From positions 70,866,001 through 70,930,000 of the forward strand of contig NC_043006.1 of assembly GCF_006345805.1 (NCBI RefSeq): DNA of 64,000 nt, written 5' to 3'. The position numbers and the translations under genes were made by a program. The notes beneath the pieces were generated by a model. It was not told the DNA's origin. It worked only from the letters and a program-made list of their open reading frames with translations, and did no database searches. This DNA comes from Octopus sinensis. Lineage: Eukaryota. Numbering within the stretch: the first letter of the stretch is position 1; the number at the start of each line of letters is the position of its first letter. Shown here in pieces: positions 1-48,295 of this stretch.

Positions 1-427
1 TGTGAAGTCAGAGAGAGAAGCCTGTAATTTTTATCATCTGCTCTCACTCCTCCTTTGTGAACAGGATATTTGAAACCTTAACTGGAAAACTGTCAGGGCC
101 CATGGCTGAGTTCAGACTCATCTCATCAATGTCAATATAATTGATGATTTCCTCTTCCCTGTGTGGATCTGCTGTGTTGAAAAACTCACCAAGCTTGCTT
201 ATTTGTATATTTCCAAGTTTGGAGGTAAAAACAATTTGGAATTGTTTATTTAGTAGTACACTTACCCCTGTGGAGTCTGCAGTCACTGGACTGTTTTCTT
301 CAAACAGTGAGTGGCCCTATCTTGTTGTGCACCGAGGCATATTCTTTTGCAAATTTGTAGAAGGCCTTAGGTTTTGTTTTCATATTTTCAACTGCCCTGG
401 TTTCTCTTTCTTCCCTTTATTTTTCAA
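1..427 (-). mobile_element. Degenerate CR1/L2-type LINE fragment (region upstream of and entering RT)
   Basis: Minus-strand translation gives KPKAFYKFAK..IGPL..LLNKQFQIVFT, EMSLNSAMGPDSFP and HKGGVRADDKNYRLLSLTS in broken frames. Confidence 0.7.
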
Positions 428-2280
428 AGATGGGTGCAAGGGTCCTGGAGTTCTCTGATGCAACTGATTTACCAATTTGCAACACAGACTTTAGGAAACT
501 AGCCAACCACATTTCACCACTTACCAATCTGGCAAACACACAAGTCAGATAAATTACATTCTCACCAAGGAGCAGGGCAGAAGGGTTACTGTAAAAACTC
601 AAACCATACCTGGTGGAGAATGCACTATACAATATAGATTGATGGCTAGTGACTTCAAAGTCAGAGCTAGGAAGATGTATAAATGAAAGATGACATGGAG
701 AAGAATGATATGGAATTGGAAAAGACCTTACAATTGGGAATAGATTGACACATTTCACTGTAGAGAGAAATATTTAGATACTTGATGTGTAGATAACAAC
801 TTTACTCTCTTTTACTGGTTTCAGTCATTTGACTGTGGCCATGCTGGAGCACCATCTTTAGTTGAGCAAATCGACCCCAGGACTTATTCTTTGTAAGCCT
901 AGTACTTATTCTATCGGTCTCTTTTGCCAAACCGCTATGTTACGGGGACTTAAACACACCAGCATCGGTTGTCAAGTGATGTTGGGGGGACAAACACAGA
1001 CACACAAACTTATACACATACATATATACAATGGGCTTCTTTCAGTTTCCGTTTACCAAGTCCACTCACAAGGCTTTGGTCGGCCCAAGGCTATAGTAGA
1101 AGACACTTGCCCAAGGTGCCATGCAGTGGGACTGAACACGGAACCATGTGGTTGGTAAACAAGCTACTTACCACACAGCCACTCCTACGCCAATGGGAAT
1201 TTCTGTGAAATAACCTGCTTAGATCTACAGATCAGACAAGCTAATTTAATATGGTGGTGGACATGGTTGAGAAGACAGTAAGCAGCTAGGTGATTTGATA
1301 ATTGGCTAATGGGAGAAATTTTCACCTGTCTTGCAATGTGAGAATCAGAGGTATGAAGTATTCAGAATTGCCAGGTAATGTGTTAGAGAGAACCAAGATG
1401 TCATTGGTGAGAGGTGTCTTTGGAATGATGAAGGCATCCTTACTATTGAGATGGAAGACAAGAAAATGGTATGGAAGTATTATTATGAGAGGTTATTGAA
1501 TGTGTATAGCACAAGGGGCTACCTTGTGCTGACCCTTCAGCACCAGTCATTCATGTTGAAAGCAGCATTGTAGATACACTGATTAAAGACATGGATAGAG
1601 GAAAAGCAGTGAGTCCATCAGGGACAGTTGCAAATGTACTCAAAATATTTGGTGAGATAGGATATATTATTAACTCCAGGATAGCTAAGTTATAAGAATA
1701 AGTCATACCCAATGACTGATATAGCAGTATCATTGTAAACTGCTACAAAGGCAAAGGAAACACCTTAAAGGAAAACATCTGTGATTTTGTGCCTGGAAGA
1801 GGTACCAGGGATACAATCTTCCTAATAAAGCAATTGCAGGAAAAATACTTGACTAAGAGTGAGCCATTATTCTTGGCCTTCATTGACCTGAAGAAGGCAC
1901 TTGTCTAGGTACCAGTTACATCTGGTGGTCACCAAGGAAACAAGGTGTTGATGATTGGCTTAGGAGGGTTGTAGAAGCCTTGTACAAAGATGCATTAAGT
2001 AAAGTGAGACCAATAACCATTTCAGCGATAAATTTAATGTGTAAGTAAGAGTTCATTTAGGTTCGATCCACTGTCCCCACTTATTCATTATAGTCCTACA
2101 AGCCATAATAGAAGAATTTTACATGGGAGCTCTTATTCATTGACGATCTAGTTCTCATAGCTGAATCTGTAAAAGAATTAGAGAAAAAACTCCAGTTTTG
2201 GAAGCTAAGCCTAGAATCAAGCAGTCCCAAAATAAACTTAGCATAGACGAAGGTTTTAGTATGTGGCAGAGAAGATAGAA
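428..2280 (+). mobile_element. Degenerate RTE-clade LINE (APE end plus RT), interrupted by a SINE
   Basis: Broken frames read VLEFSDATDLPICNTDFRK, IPGGECTIQYRL, IIVNCYKGKG, PGRGTRDTIFLIKQLQEKYL, FLAFIDLKKA, DDLVLIAES; same family as the copy at 50905-53098. Confidence 0.8.
801..1191 (-). mobile_element. tRNA-derived SINE, family A
   Basis: Head GTGGCTGTGTGGTAAGTAGCTTG...GGTTCAGTCCCACTGC (A/B-box-like), internal (TA/TG)n and AAAAGAGT tail; near-identical to other copies in the window. Confidence 0.85.
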
Positions 2281-2559
2281 CCTAATATCTTGTTGTTCTT
2301 ACATGTTTGGTATTTATTTTTACTGTTGCTATCAATCTTTTGATATTGCTTTTCTTGTTTAATATTATTGTCATTTACTGTTATTATTATTATTATTATT
2401 TATCATTATTATTATTATTATTATTATAATGCTCGCTGATGTTATTGTATTGTTAAGTGTTGCTATAGTTAATGTTGCTCACATTTGTATTGTTCAGTGT
2501 TTTGGGCCTTCTACATTGGTTGGTCTGGAGGATGGGACCAATGCCCATGGTCTTCACAG

Positions 2560-2990
2560 GCTCTCCAAGTGTTCTGAGATCAATGTGGTTAACATTCTTC
2601 TTGAATGGTTGCAAGTTAATGGCTGCAGAAAAAAACAATGCAGGGAGGAAATTCCAGAGGGGCAATGTTCTGGTGAGGAAGGGCTTGGTATTTGGGTTAG
2701 TATTGAGCTTGAGATAGTAGAGGTAATATAGGAAATAAGTGACAAGGGCATAGCTGAGAGGAGATGACACAAGATAAGCTAGCTTCAAGGAGCAGAGACC
2801 ATTGTTGTCATTGTTGCAGCAGTAGTAGTTGTTGAGAAGACAGATGAGACAGCATGTATGTGGGCGAGAGGCTGGAATGTGTTGATGGCAAATGACCCAT
2901 CTTAGTCACGTGCCTGTTCTTTGGGAGTGTCCCACAATGTCTCTGTGTGTATCAGCAACTGTCCCAAACCTCAAAGCAATACTTTTTGTT
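2560..2990 (-). mobile_element. 3' fragment of a CR1/L2/jockey-group LINE
   Basis: Minus ORF contains GLCSLKLAYLV and FLTRTLPLWNFLPALFFSAAINLQPFKKNVNHIDL, resembling the WNxLP..FK C-terminus of these LINEs. Confidence 0.55.
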
Positions 2991-3110
2991 ACTATTGCTA
3001 TTGTTGGAATGATACAATTTAATGCAGCCGTTTTGATGCTGTCAGCTTGGCACAACTGATTGGATACTCAACTCATTCAGGCAATTGGAAACAAAAAAAA
3101 AAAAGAGAGA

Positions 3111-3274
3111 GAGTGGCTGTGTGGTAAGTGGCTTCCTTACGAACCACATGGTTCTGGGTTCAGTCCCACTGCATGGCACCTTGGGCAAGTGTCTTCTACT
3201 ATGGCCTTGGTCCGACTAAAGCTTTGTGAGTGGATTTGGTAGACAGAAACTGAAAGAAGCCCGTCGTATATGTG

Positions 3275-3309
<35 letters not shown>

Positions 3310-3532
3310 ATATGTTGGTGTGTCTATGTTTATCCTCCCAACATCGCTTGACAGCCAATGCTGGTGTATTTACATCCTTGTAACTTAGCGGTTCGGCAAA
3401 AGAGACCAATAGAATAAGTACTAGGCTTACGAAGAATAAGTCCTGGGATCAATTTGCTCGACTAAAGGCGGTGCTCCAGCATGGCCACAGCCACATGACT
3501 GAAGCAAGTAAAAGAATAAAAGAGTAAAGAGT
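3111..3532 (+). mobile_element. tRNA-derived SINE, family A
   Basis: Full head-to-tail match to the 801-1191 copy in opposite orientation. Confidence 0.85.
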
Positions 3533-3864
3533 ACACACACACGGATAGAAGGAGTGAGGGAGAGTGGGAAAGAAAACATTACAATTTATTAATTGAATGT
3601 AATCAACCTAACTACGGTCCCTCTCCTCATACACAGACATATGTTTACATACATAGACAAAGTGAAGAGGGGAGAGAACACCAGAAACATTAAAATATCA
3701 GCATTGAATCAACAATGCCAAACTGAGGGCACCGAAACAGCTGCGCCAAAATGTTTCATGCCTAATCATTGTTACTTTCTTACTGTTATCATATGTTCAC
3801 TGTTGTTGTTGTTGCTGTTACTGATGCTGTTGTTGTTTTCCCCACCTAAATGCATGAATATTAA

Positions 3865-4039
3865 CCCTTTAGCATTTAAACCAGCCAGATCCAGCCTCTC
3901 ACACTATCCTGCAATGTTGTTCTTAAAATAAACAGGCGCATTATCAAAATCTTGAAGCTAAGAGATAATGCAAGATTAATTCAAAACAACATGAATAAAT
4001 AAGTATGACATGGGACAGGGTAGTCTGAATGGTAAAGGG
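3865..4039. mobile_element. piggyBac-type MITE
   Basis: TTAA|CCCTTTAGCATTTA ... TGAATGGTAAAGGG|TTGA, i.e. TIRs with a TTAA-like TSD; related pieces at about 20810-21210 and 30985-31175. Confidence 0.6.
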
Positions 4040-4129
4040 TTGATAATACAGCAGTTTTTCCAAAGATAATGGCCCATGGTTTCATTAAGGAAAAAAGATA
4101 TGAATTTCAATAAACCCATTTGGTGGGAT

Positions 4130-4445
4130 ATTGTGCTGGTGCTACGTAAAAAGCCCCTTTAATGGTGCCATGTAAAAAAAAAGCATCTTTTCTGGTGCCA
4201 CATAAAACACACCTGTGCTGCTGTTACCACGTAAAAAGCACCTGTGCTGGTGCCACATAAAAGCATCCAGTGCACTCTGTAAAGTGGTTGGTGTTAGGAA
4301 TGCATTCGGTCAATGAAACCATGCCAAAACAGACAGTTGGAGCCTGGTACAGCTCTCCAGCTTGCCATCTCCTGTTGGACTGTCCAACCCATGCCAGCAA
4401 AGAAAGCAGACACTTGATTATGATGATGACGACGACGACAATGAT
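4130..4445 (+). mobile_element. RTE LINE 3' UTR fragment with (GAT)n tail
   Basis: Repeated AAAAGCACC units, then CTGTCCAACCCATGCCAGCA and ATGATGATG; same sequence as the 3' end of the RTE at 50905-51470. Confidence 0.65.
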
Positions 4446-5034
4446 GATGATAATGGTGTCAGTGTGGTAATGAGGATGAAGTTGTGATTATGGTAGAGAT
4501 GGTAGTGGTGGTTGTTTCAGATTGATAACTTCAATAAGATTGTCGTTATTATTGTTGTTGTGGTAGTAGTTATAAGGATTCATGTTGCTGTTGTTGTGGT
4601 AGTAGTTATAAGGATTGGTGATGCTGTCGTTGTGGTCTTTGTTGTAGCACTAATGGTAGTCATGGTAATTGTTATATACACTGGTGTTGAATATATCCAT
4701 AATTTATAATCATTGCATACAATACTACTATATACACACATTTGTTATATATGTCTTGTCTTCACACAAACCAGTCAGATTTGATGAATTGTCTTGCACG
4801 TACCCTGAGTACAACATATCTTTTACCCTGTATAAACAGTTCACCCCACAGTGAAATACATTATACTCTAATACACTATATAAAACTTATATTATGATAA
4901 GTCAGTATAACAGGAGTATGTACCCTAAATTGGGATGTAAGGTTCTCTAACCATTGTACTGAGACCATATAGGAGTACAGGGTATTACAGCAGTTGTGTG
5001 TACACATTATTGTGTTACTGCAGTAATAACATGC

Positions 5035-5302
5035 TAACTTGGCTTCCGTGCCGGTGGCACGTAAAGAACACCATTTGAGCGTGACCGTTGCCTGTACTGC
5101 CTGACTGGCCCTCGTGCCAGTGGCACGTAAAAGCACTCACTACACTCTCAGAGTGGTTGACGTTAGGAATGGCATCCAGCTGTAGAAACTCTGCCAGATC
5201 AGATTGGTGCCTGGTGCAGCCATCTGGTTCGCCAGTCCTCAGTCAAATTGTCCAACCCATGCCAGCATGGAAAGCAGACGTTAAACAATGATGATGATGA
5301 TG
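5035..5302 (+). mobile_element. RTE LINE 3' UTR fragment with (GAT)n tail
   Basis: GTGCCGGTGGCACGTAAA units ... GCAGACGTTAAACAATGATGATGATGATG. Confidence 0.75.
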
Positions 5303-5344
5303 AATAACTCTGCACTGTTATATGTGTGTGGAATAACACAAGTA

Positions 5345-5498
5345 CAGTCAATGCCAAAAATTTGAAACATTTTTTCAAAAATTGAAATTGTTATGCCCAA
5401 GTACAATTTAATTCAAATATATACAACATATATATTTGGGCATTTAATATAAAAATTCTCATTTTCAGGCCTATGTTCCAAACTTTGTGCCACGATTG
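5345..5498. mobile_element. Tc1-type MITE (154 bp)
   Basis: TA|CAGTCAATGCCAAAAATTTGAAACA ... TGTTCCAAACTTTGTGCCACGATTG|TA; imperfect TIRs with TA TSD. Confidence 0.5.
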
Positions 5499-5678
5499 TA
5501 TATTTAGACAGTCATAAAACTAAGGTGTCTCCAAATTGAAAAAAATGTATTCTATGCATTTGGAAGCAGAATGTGTTATTTTATATTGCAAGTATATGTG
5601 TACACACCCACCTATTTATATACTTATGCATATGAGTTACAGTAACTTCCTATTACAACTATTATTTGTACATTGCAG

Positions 5679-39239
<33,561 letters not shown>

Positions 39240-39932
39240 TTGACAAACACAGTTCATACATAGATACACATATATATATATATGACTATATATACACATA
39301 CAAACACTGACACATATATATATACAGATATATATAATTCACACACATCTATATATATATACTATATATGTTTGTGTATATGTATATATATATATGTATG
39401 TATGTTTGTGCATATTTATATATATATATATTATACACACACACATATATGTGCATGTGTGTGTAATCATAGACACACGCACACACTAAGCAATCATCTC
39501 AGATACTGAAAGAAAAGAAGGAAAAAAAGAAAGAGAGGCAAACATTCTTGCTTTCATTTCTTTTCAACAAAATCTTTGTTTGTTTCTGTTTTTTGAGACC
39601 ATTTTTAATTGATGACAACAACAACAACATTTCATTGTTGTATACACACACATACTCTCTCTCCCTCTCTCTCTCTCTCTCTTGTGTAACGTTTTTTTAA
39701 TGTGGACCAGGACTCAATCTTATCCTCTGAGCAGAATTAATGCTTGCCATCTTCTCCAAAACACACACTCACACACACACACACACACACACACAGATAT
39801 ATGCGCACACATACAAACATGTATGTATTGACACACACAACATATATATATAAGCACATACACGCAAACAGACATATACCTGTTCATGTGAGGTGTTGTG
39901 TGCACACACGTTTACAAATCTGTGTCAGTTTC

Positions 39933-39975
<43 letters not shown>

Positions 39976-40853
39976 ATATGTACATGTATGTCTGAGCATG
40001 TGTCTGTGTGTCCATGTGACCCTCCCCTTTTCTCTCTCTTCCTCCCTATCTTATAAACATTGGTGTTTTTTTTTTTTTTTTTGTGTTGCCAAAATGAAGA
40101 GACCAAAACAGATTGAAATGAAGAAAAGACGTAAGACAGGACAAATCGCATTAGAAATATTCATTTGGAGAGGTACCAGGTTCAGAAAGACAAGAAAACT
40201 GTGTTCCTTGTCCTGTCGACAAACACACCACAGCTGTATAAAAGTTTTATGAATGCAGGGAGACTTGAAATCAAATCTTGCATTCATTCATTCACTCACT
40301 CACTCACACCTACTTCAAAACACACGCATGCATATATAAACACATACACCTCTTGTATTCAGACATACTCGTATATACACATTCACATACACATGTGCAC
40401 ACACCGGTACGTATGTACCTAATTGCTGTGACGCCTTAATGTTAACTTCAGTGTTATGTATCCAGAAACATACAGCTGTGTTCATTGAAAGCACACACAT
40501 ACACACTCAGAAACAGATGCACATACACACATACAAGCACACACACATGCGTGTGAGTGTGTGTGTAGGGGTGTGACTGTTTGAAAATCCAAGGGACTCT
40601 TGTGTTTTGCATTAAAATATCCAGGCTCCATCGAGGAAGGAGCTAGATAGATCTATGTACAGAGATACCTGTGGCTGCTGACAATATTGATGATGTTCTC
40701 TTGCATTGTAAGTCCTAGGGAAAATTCTTTCAAATATGTGTATGCATTTGTGAGAGAGTATATATGTGTATGTATGTATTTTACACATTCATGCATACAC
40801 TCATTTGCATGTGTATGCTTATATATATATATATATATTATTATATGTATATA

Positions 40854-40885
<32 letters not shown>

Positions 40886-41599
40886 CCCATGTACACATAC
40901 GTAAATGCACTAATGCATTCACACACAAGTATATACATATATGTGCAAATGCATTTATACACACACACACACATATATATATATATATTTAGACATGAAC
41001 ACACACATACATGTATGCAAATACATGCACAAACCCATTGTTACACAAATATATATATATTTATAAACACACATACATACACATACACATATATGTATGC
41101 ATAAATGCACAAACACGCTCGACACATGTATGTATATGCATGTGTATGTGTGTGTGTTCATATATATATATATATATATAAATACACTCACACACACTCA
41201 TATTGATGCATATATACAAAGAATCTGTGGAAAAATGGACAAGTGCTCATTGGAATGCACATGCTAAACATACATGTGTGTGTGTATGTATATATATATA
41301 TATATATATATATTACATGTTTGTTTGGAATTGATAAAGGTGTGTGCGTGTGTACTAACTTAAAAAAAAAATCTATGTTTCATGCAGTCTCATCATTGTG
41401 AGTGAGTTGAGTATTTTCATTGTGAGGGGTGAGGGGGAGCTTACCCCCATCCCCGCGCATGCACCGTGTGGGTGGACGTGGATCGGTGGTTAAAAAAAAG
41501 GTTAAGTGGGACCTGACATTTAGGTCAGTCCAGTCACGTGTCATCAGTACTAATCATAGTTATGTCACGTGAGTTTTTTTGAAACACATACACATATAT

Positions 41600-42040
<441 letters not shown>

Positions 42041-42507
42041 TGCTCTAAAGAGTGGCAGGCGTGTTTTATGTTTTGTGTTGTGGTGAGGGTAGATTGCAGA
42101 AGGTGGAAGAGGAATCACGGGGGTATGGTTTGGTTGAGGCAAGTGAGAAGTGATGGACAGACCAACCAGGAACCGGGAGAACCAGAGGAAGGAACAGGAC
42201 GAAGAGATGTAGTTTGAGCCTGCAAGATTTGGCAGCTCCAGACTATGACTCTTCTCCCTTCCTCCCTCTCTCTCTCTCTATCTATCTATCTATTTGTCTA
42301 TCTCTCCCCACCATGCCTCACCTCATGCCCCCCCATTATATGGAGTTTGGCTGATCAAGATGAAACAGACAGACAGACAGACTGAGCAGTAAAGTGTTAC
42401 AGAAAAGAAAAAGAGGAGGAAAGAAAAGGGTTGTGATTACAGTCTGTTTGTTAATTATATATTTTTTTTCTTATAATATGGTGTGGTTGTCTGTATGTGT
42501 GTGTATA

Positions 42508-42560
<53 letters not shown>

Positions 42561-43509
42561 ATGTATGTATATGTCATATGTACACATATGTGCATATACA
42601 CACACAAATATTTATTTTATAAAATGAAATGTAAATGGATCCCCATCAGTTTTACTGGTGTATATTTGACTTGTTCAATCAACTGAATTTCCAACTCATT
42701 GAATTACAAAAAAAAAAAACATGTAAGTGGTTGAGTATTCCATAGACAGGTGTACCATTCATGTAATTCTCAGGTAGAGCCACTGTTGAATTACAGGTAC
42801 ATCCTTTCTCAATGTCATGGTAAAAAAAAGTAATTGCTGAAGCTGCCATGCACTGGGATCAAACCAGGGACCTTGTGATTGGACAAGAGACTTCTTAACC
42901 ACTTGGCCATACCTACATGCATATTTTATATATATATATACACACATATACATACACACACATTCTTTTGCAGATACTATTATCTGGTTAGCCAACTCCC
43001 CCTTCCCTTCTGCCCTTGATTAAAACACACATATACACACTCACACACACAGACACACACACACACACACAGAGTCGCTGTAATTGACACAATTCCCCAT
43101 CCACCATGCCCACCACACAGCAACGCATAAACACTGCCTACATTTTTATCTATTCATGAATATTATCAAAGCAAATCATTTCTAAACTGTCCCATTTTTT
43201 GGTCCAGTTGGGCTTTGTAATTAATCACCAGCTCCCAAACTCTCAGCATTTTCTCTGGATCTCCAGGTAAGTCACAAGCCCTAGACTTTCAGCCATATTC
43301 TTCAGCCCTTTAATAAGGCACCAACCAGCCCTAGATTTTCTAGGTCTCCCAAATATGTGACAAGCCCTTCATTTTTGGCCATATTCTGCTGTGCAGCATT
43401 GAATCAAAAAGCAACAAGAGATGATGTTTACATTAAGAACTAATTAGTGAGGAATCCTTTAATTATTATTATTATTATTACTATTATTATTATTATTATG
43501 GTGTAGGGG

Positions 43510-43681
43510 AGTTGAGTAACAGATCTGGCAGAGTGACAGTCAGAACGGCCTGTCACTTATAGATTTTTTTTGTCTTTAAGGCTCTGAGTTCAAATTTCAC
43601 CAAGATCAACTTTGCCCCTTGTCTCTCCATGGTTGACAAAAAATGTACCAGTCAAATACAGAAGTCAATTCATTATCATCA

Positions 43682-43712
<31 letters not shown>

Positions 43713-44345
43713 GAGCTGGCAGAATTGCTAGCCCATCAGACAGAATACTCAGAAGCATTTCATCCACCTTTATGTTTCGAGTTCAAATTCTGCTGAGGAT
43801 TATAGGGGTCGGTGAAATAAGTACCAGTTAAACACTGGAGTCAATGTAATCGACTAGTCCCCTCCCACGAAAATTTCAGGTCTCATACCTGTAGTAGAAA
43901 GGATTGTTATTATCATTATTATGGCCGTGAGCTGGCAGAATCATTAACACAGACGACTAAACGCTTAGTGGTATTTCTACTGACTTTGTATTCTGAGTTC
44001 AGATTCTACCACGGTCGACTTTGTTTTCATCCTTTCGGGGTCGTTAAAATAAATACAAATCGAGCACTGAGGTCAATATAATCAGCTTCCCCCTCCCCTC
44101 AAAATTACTAGCCTTGTGCCAAAGCTAGAAAGAGTTATTAACTGGCAGAATCGTTAGCACACCAGGCGAAATGCTTAGCATATTTTGCCCGTCACCATGT
44201 TCTGAGTTTAAATTCTGCCAAGGTCAACTTTGCCTTTCACCCTTTTGGGGGTCGATAAATTAAGTACCAGTGAAACACTGGGGTCGATGTCATCAACTCA
44301 TCCCCTCCCCCAAAATGCTGCTCTTGTAGCAAAATTTGAAACCAT
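43510..44345 (+). mobile_element. Four head-to-tail family C SINEs
   Basis: Heads (GAGCTGGCAGAA-like) near 43520, 43715, 43930 and 44140, mostly separated by (ATT)n. Confidence 0.8.
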
Positions 44346-44752
44346 TATTATTATTATTATTATTATTATTGAAAATTGAATTTTTCTTGTAGAACTGAAA
44401 GCTATGGTTTTAAGTTACCAGTGAGTGTGTCCTCTTCTCCCTCGCGGCCATTGCTGAGGATCTTGGGAAGGGCATGAACAATTCAGTATCTACATTCGGT
44501 GGTATATATCTAAATCCAAGATTTTATCCTACCTGTCTGTTGTACGCAGAGATCATCATCAGCATCATTATCATCACTATCATCATCATTATCATCACTA
44601 CCATTGTCATTATCATTATCATCATCATCATCATCGTCAATATTTTCTATTACTGATGTTGCTAATGCCCCAAAAATAGGCATGAAAGTCTTCATCAGCC
44701 TTCTGCGTATTCTCCTTATTAATTATTAATTAACAAACTAATTATTATTAAT

Positions 44753-44786
<34 letters not shown>

Positions 44787-46276
44787 GAAAATGGAGCAGT
44801 GTCTTAAATATCTTAATTTCTGCTCATCTAACCCTCCAACATACACAGTTCAAACAGTTCAGATCAATCCTAAGATTCACACACATACACACACTGCCTT
44901 TCATCTCATCCAAAAATGGGTACCAGTAATAAACTGGGGATGAGGAAAGCAGAGCAGTCAAGTGAATCAACTGTTCCTTCTCCTCTCCCTGTCCCTCTCC
45001 CCCTCCCCCACTACCGTCACATCTCATTCATGGTTGGTTGCTCGACATTCTGGTAAAAAAAAAAAGTAGATTTAACAAGATCTCTTTTTTAATCACATCT
45101 TAGGGTAGGAGACATTGGTTAATGTATTCCTAGATACACACTGTCTGAAAAACTCAAAAAAGACAAGGTGGTCATGACTGGAATGGCAGTGAGAGCTGAC
45201 CGAGGTTAAATAACCTAGTACTGTGTAAAAAAAAAATTACTGTTTATAATAATAATAATAGTAATAATAATAATAAGGGTCAGAAGAAGGATATTGTTGT
45301 GGTGCAAGAAGGGAGAGAAGACGAGACAAATAAGGGGTTAAAGAAACTTTGGTATTAGGGTTAGTTGAGGGCAGAACTGGTGGTTTGTGAGTGTTAAGGT
45401 GAGTTTGGCAGATGTGCAATGTTTACTGATAATTTACACTGACTTCTTGTGGCCCTTTGCTTCAGGGTACAGTGGTAGTGTGCCTGTAGATCAGGGGTCA
45501 GGTGGAGGAAAACAATGTCTAATATAGTCTTGAGTTAAGGTTCCCTTAAAGTCCCTCTTTTCTACATACCTGCACCAGACATCTACAATTCATACTTAGA
45601 AAGCTCCTCAATAGCAAACATTAATTTCTTTATCATTTTTACTGGTACCCCAGTAAAAGATAAATGGGTTTTATTTAAATGAATCCACTCCAGTACTTAT
45701 TCTACTGGCCTCTTATGCCACACCACTAAACTACAGGGACATAAACAAACCAACACTGGTTGTCAAGCTGTGGTGGGGGGGACAAACACATACAATATAT
45801 ATATGTATATTAACAGGCTTCATTCAGGCCTTGGCTAAAGTAGAAGACACTTGCCCAAAGTGCCACACAGTGGGACTGAACCCAGAAACATTTGGTCGGA
45901 AAATTAACTTTTAACTATACAGCCATGCTTGAGCCCACATAGTCATTGCTAGCAGCATCAATAATAATAATAATAATAATGTTTTATTTGTTAATAACTA
46001 GAATTGGTCAAAGCAGACTAGTTCAGTCATAAAGTGTATCGTTAATTAATATCATGTAAACTTTGAGATTTGTGGTTCAAGGATAGGAAGCAACACCTCT
46101 AGGAAGATTTCTCTCACCTCTCTACAAGAAACACATTTGTGTGATTTCACTACCACAATGCTGTCTAGTGAAACACTCAACAATAAACAGTGCTCCTGCT
46201 TACTGTTTTCCCAACTATCTCCTCCTGGCACATTCTGATTCCAGTTCCTATTATAGTACCAGTGAGTGTATATCTA

Positions 46277-46307
<31 letters not shown>

Positions 46308-46975
46308 TTGGGCCTCCTTCTTTAAAGTGACTCTGTGTTGGTGTTGGTGGAAATGAAGATAATCATATAAGGAGGACAGATGAGATATAGTTTTAAATGT
46401 TAATCAAAACACAGAAGTAAGGGGGAGGTGGGCATGAGCGGTGCTAAGAGATCTGGATTAATGAATCAGTTAAATTTAACTAATCAACTTAATTTAAATT
46501 AATATATGAACAAAAACTATCATCCAGATTCATCTCTGTATTTCCAAAAACTAATGGAAGTTGTGGATGGAAGAAAGAATCAAATCTCAATTTGAAGAAT
46601 TCAAGACCAAAATTGTGAAGAACCTCTCTCAAACACCCACCAGCCCCCTACAATCCCACTTCGTGATTAGGAGACAGATGCAAAGGGTGCAAGGAGGAAT
46701 CCAGCTTTGCCCGCCACTCACAAAAAAATTTTTTTTTTTTTAATTATGGCTTTGTTTGAGAAGAAAATGTTTCTACACAAGGAGGGCAGTGCATGTATGT
46801 ATATGTGTGAGGCAGGAGGGGGTGGGCATGGGTAAGTTGTAGTGACCATTTATGGACAAAAGAGATGTTGGGGAGAGGGGCTAAGTCAGTTGTGAGTTTT
46901 CTCCCCACCCCATCACACCCAATCACTATCCACCCCTTCTCTCTACACACGCAGACACATGTACACACGTGTATG

Positions 46976-47013
<38 letters not shown>

Positions 47014-47629
47014 TATGTGTATGTATACATATATATGTATGTGTGTATATAAATGTATATACATATGCACACATAACCCAAGTGTACATCCCTACATATA
47101 TACCCACTTCTTAGGATCAATAAGTGGACAGTTAATGCCACCTCAGTGACCACTACCACCACCACCACCACTACTATTATTATTATTATTACTACTACTA
47201 CTACTACTACTACATACCCCCCTCCACCGCGACTCTACAACAAAGACAAAAAAAGTAAAAGAAAAGAAAAAACAAAAGGACTTCAAATTTTGACTGTCTC
47301 TGACATTGTCAAAAGGTTTCAAACTTAAAAACAAAAAAAACTTTTAAGCCTAACAAATGAAAATCAATAATAATAATAATGATAATAATAATAATATTAA
47401 ATACAAGAAAATAACTGTCTGTCTTTTTTTTAATTTTGTTTGTTTTTTTTGTGTAAAAGAACTTTGTCTATAAAACAAATGAGCTACCAAAATTGTTGTC
47501 TGTTGTTAATTAACCAAGCTATTAATATTGTTGTTTATTACTAATTAACTGAGCTGTTGATATTGTCTGTTATTAATTAACTGAACTGTTAATATTGTTG
47601 TTTGTTATTTATTAACAAAGCTATTAATT

Positions 47630-48295
47630 ACTGAGGCAATGGCGAAGGACCGAGATCTCTGGAGATATGCTGTGACTGCAAAGACCCGGGCTACTTCCTG
47701 CACCAGTTCCGCATAGCCCCTGCCCATTCAAAGTACCCTGGATTCCAGAACATCCCGCTGTGCTTGAGGAGACCTGTTGAGTCAAGTACATGAACATGAA
47801 CATCGAAATAAATATCAATGGAAATAGTAGTTGTGATACCTGTGCCGGTAGCACATAAAAAGCACCATCCGAACATGGCCGATGCCAGCGCCACCTCGAC
47901 TGGCTTCTGTGCCGGTAGCACATAAAAAGCACCATCCGAACATGGCCGATGCCAGCGCCACCCCGACTGGCTTCTGTGCCGGTGGCACATAAAAAGCACC
48001 ATTTAAGTGTGATCGTTGCCAGCGCCGCCTTGGCTGGCTTCCGTGCCGGTGGCACATTAAAAGCTCCAACCAATCGTGGCCGATGCCGGACCCCCCTGGT
48101 ACCTGTGCAGGTGGCATGTAAAAAGCACCCACTACACTCGCAGAGTGGTTGGCGTTAGGAAGGGCATCCAGCTGTAGGAACTCTGCCAGATCAGACTGGA
48201 GCCTGGTGCAGCCCCTGGCTTCCCAGACCCCGATCGAACTGTCCAACCCGTGCTAGTGCGGAAAATGGACGTTAAACGATGATGATGATGATGAT
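47630..48295 (+). mobile_element. RTE LINE 3' end: ORF terminus, UTR with about five internal repeats, (GAT)n tail
   Basis: TEAMAKDRDLWRYAVTAKTR, then repeated GGCACATAAAAAGCACCATCCGAAC units and GACGTTAAACGATGATGATGATG. Confidence 0.8.

Noticed and set aside
44510-44695. Asp-rich minus-strand ORF ending near a CAG|GTAGGA donor, with a CTGATGA motif
   Set aside because: The acidic run is a (GAT)n microsatellite. There is no acceptor or partner exon, and no GAAA/stem follows CTGATGA.
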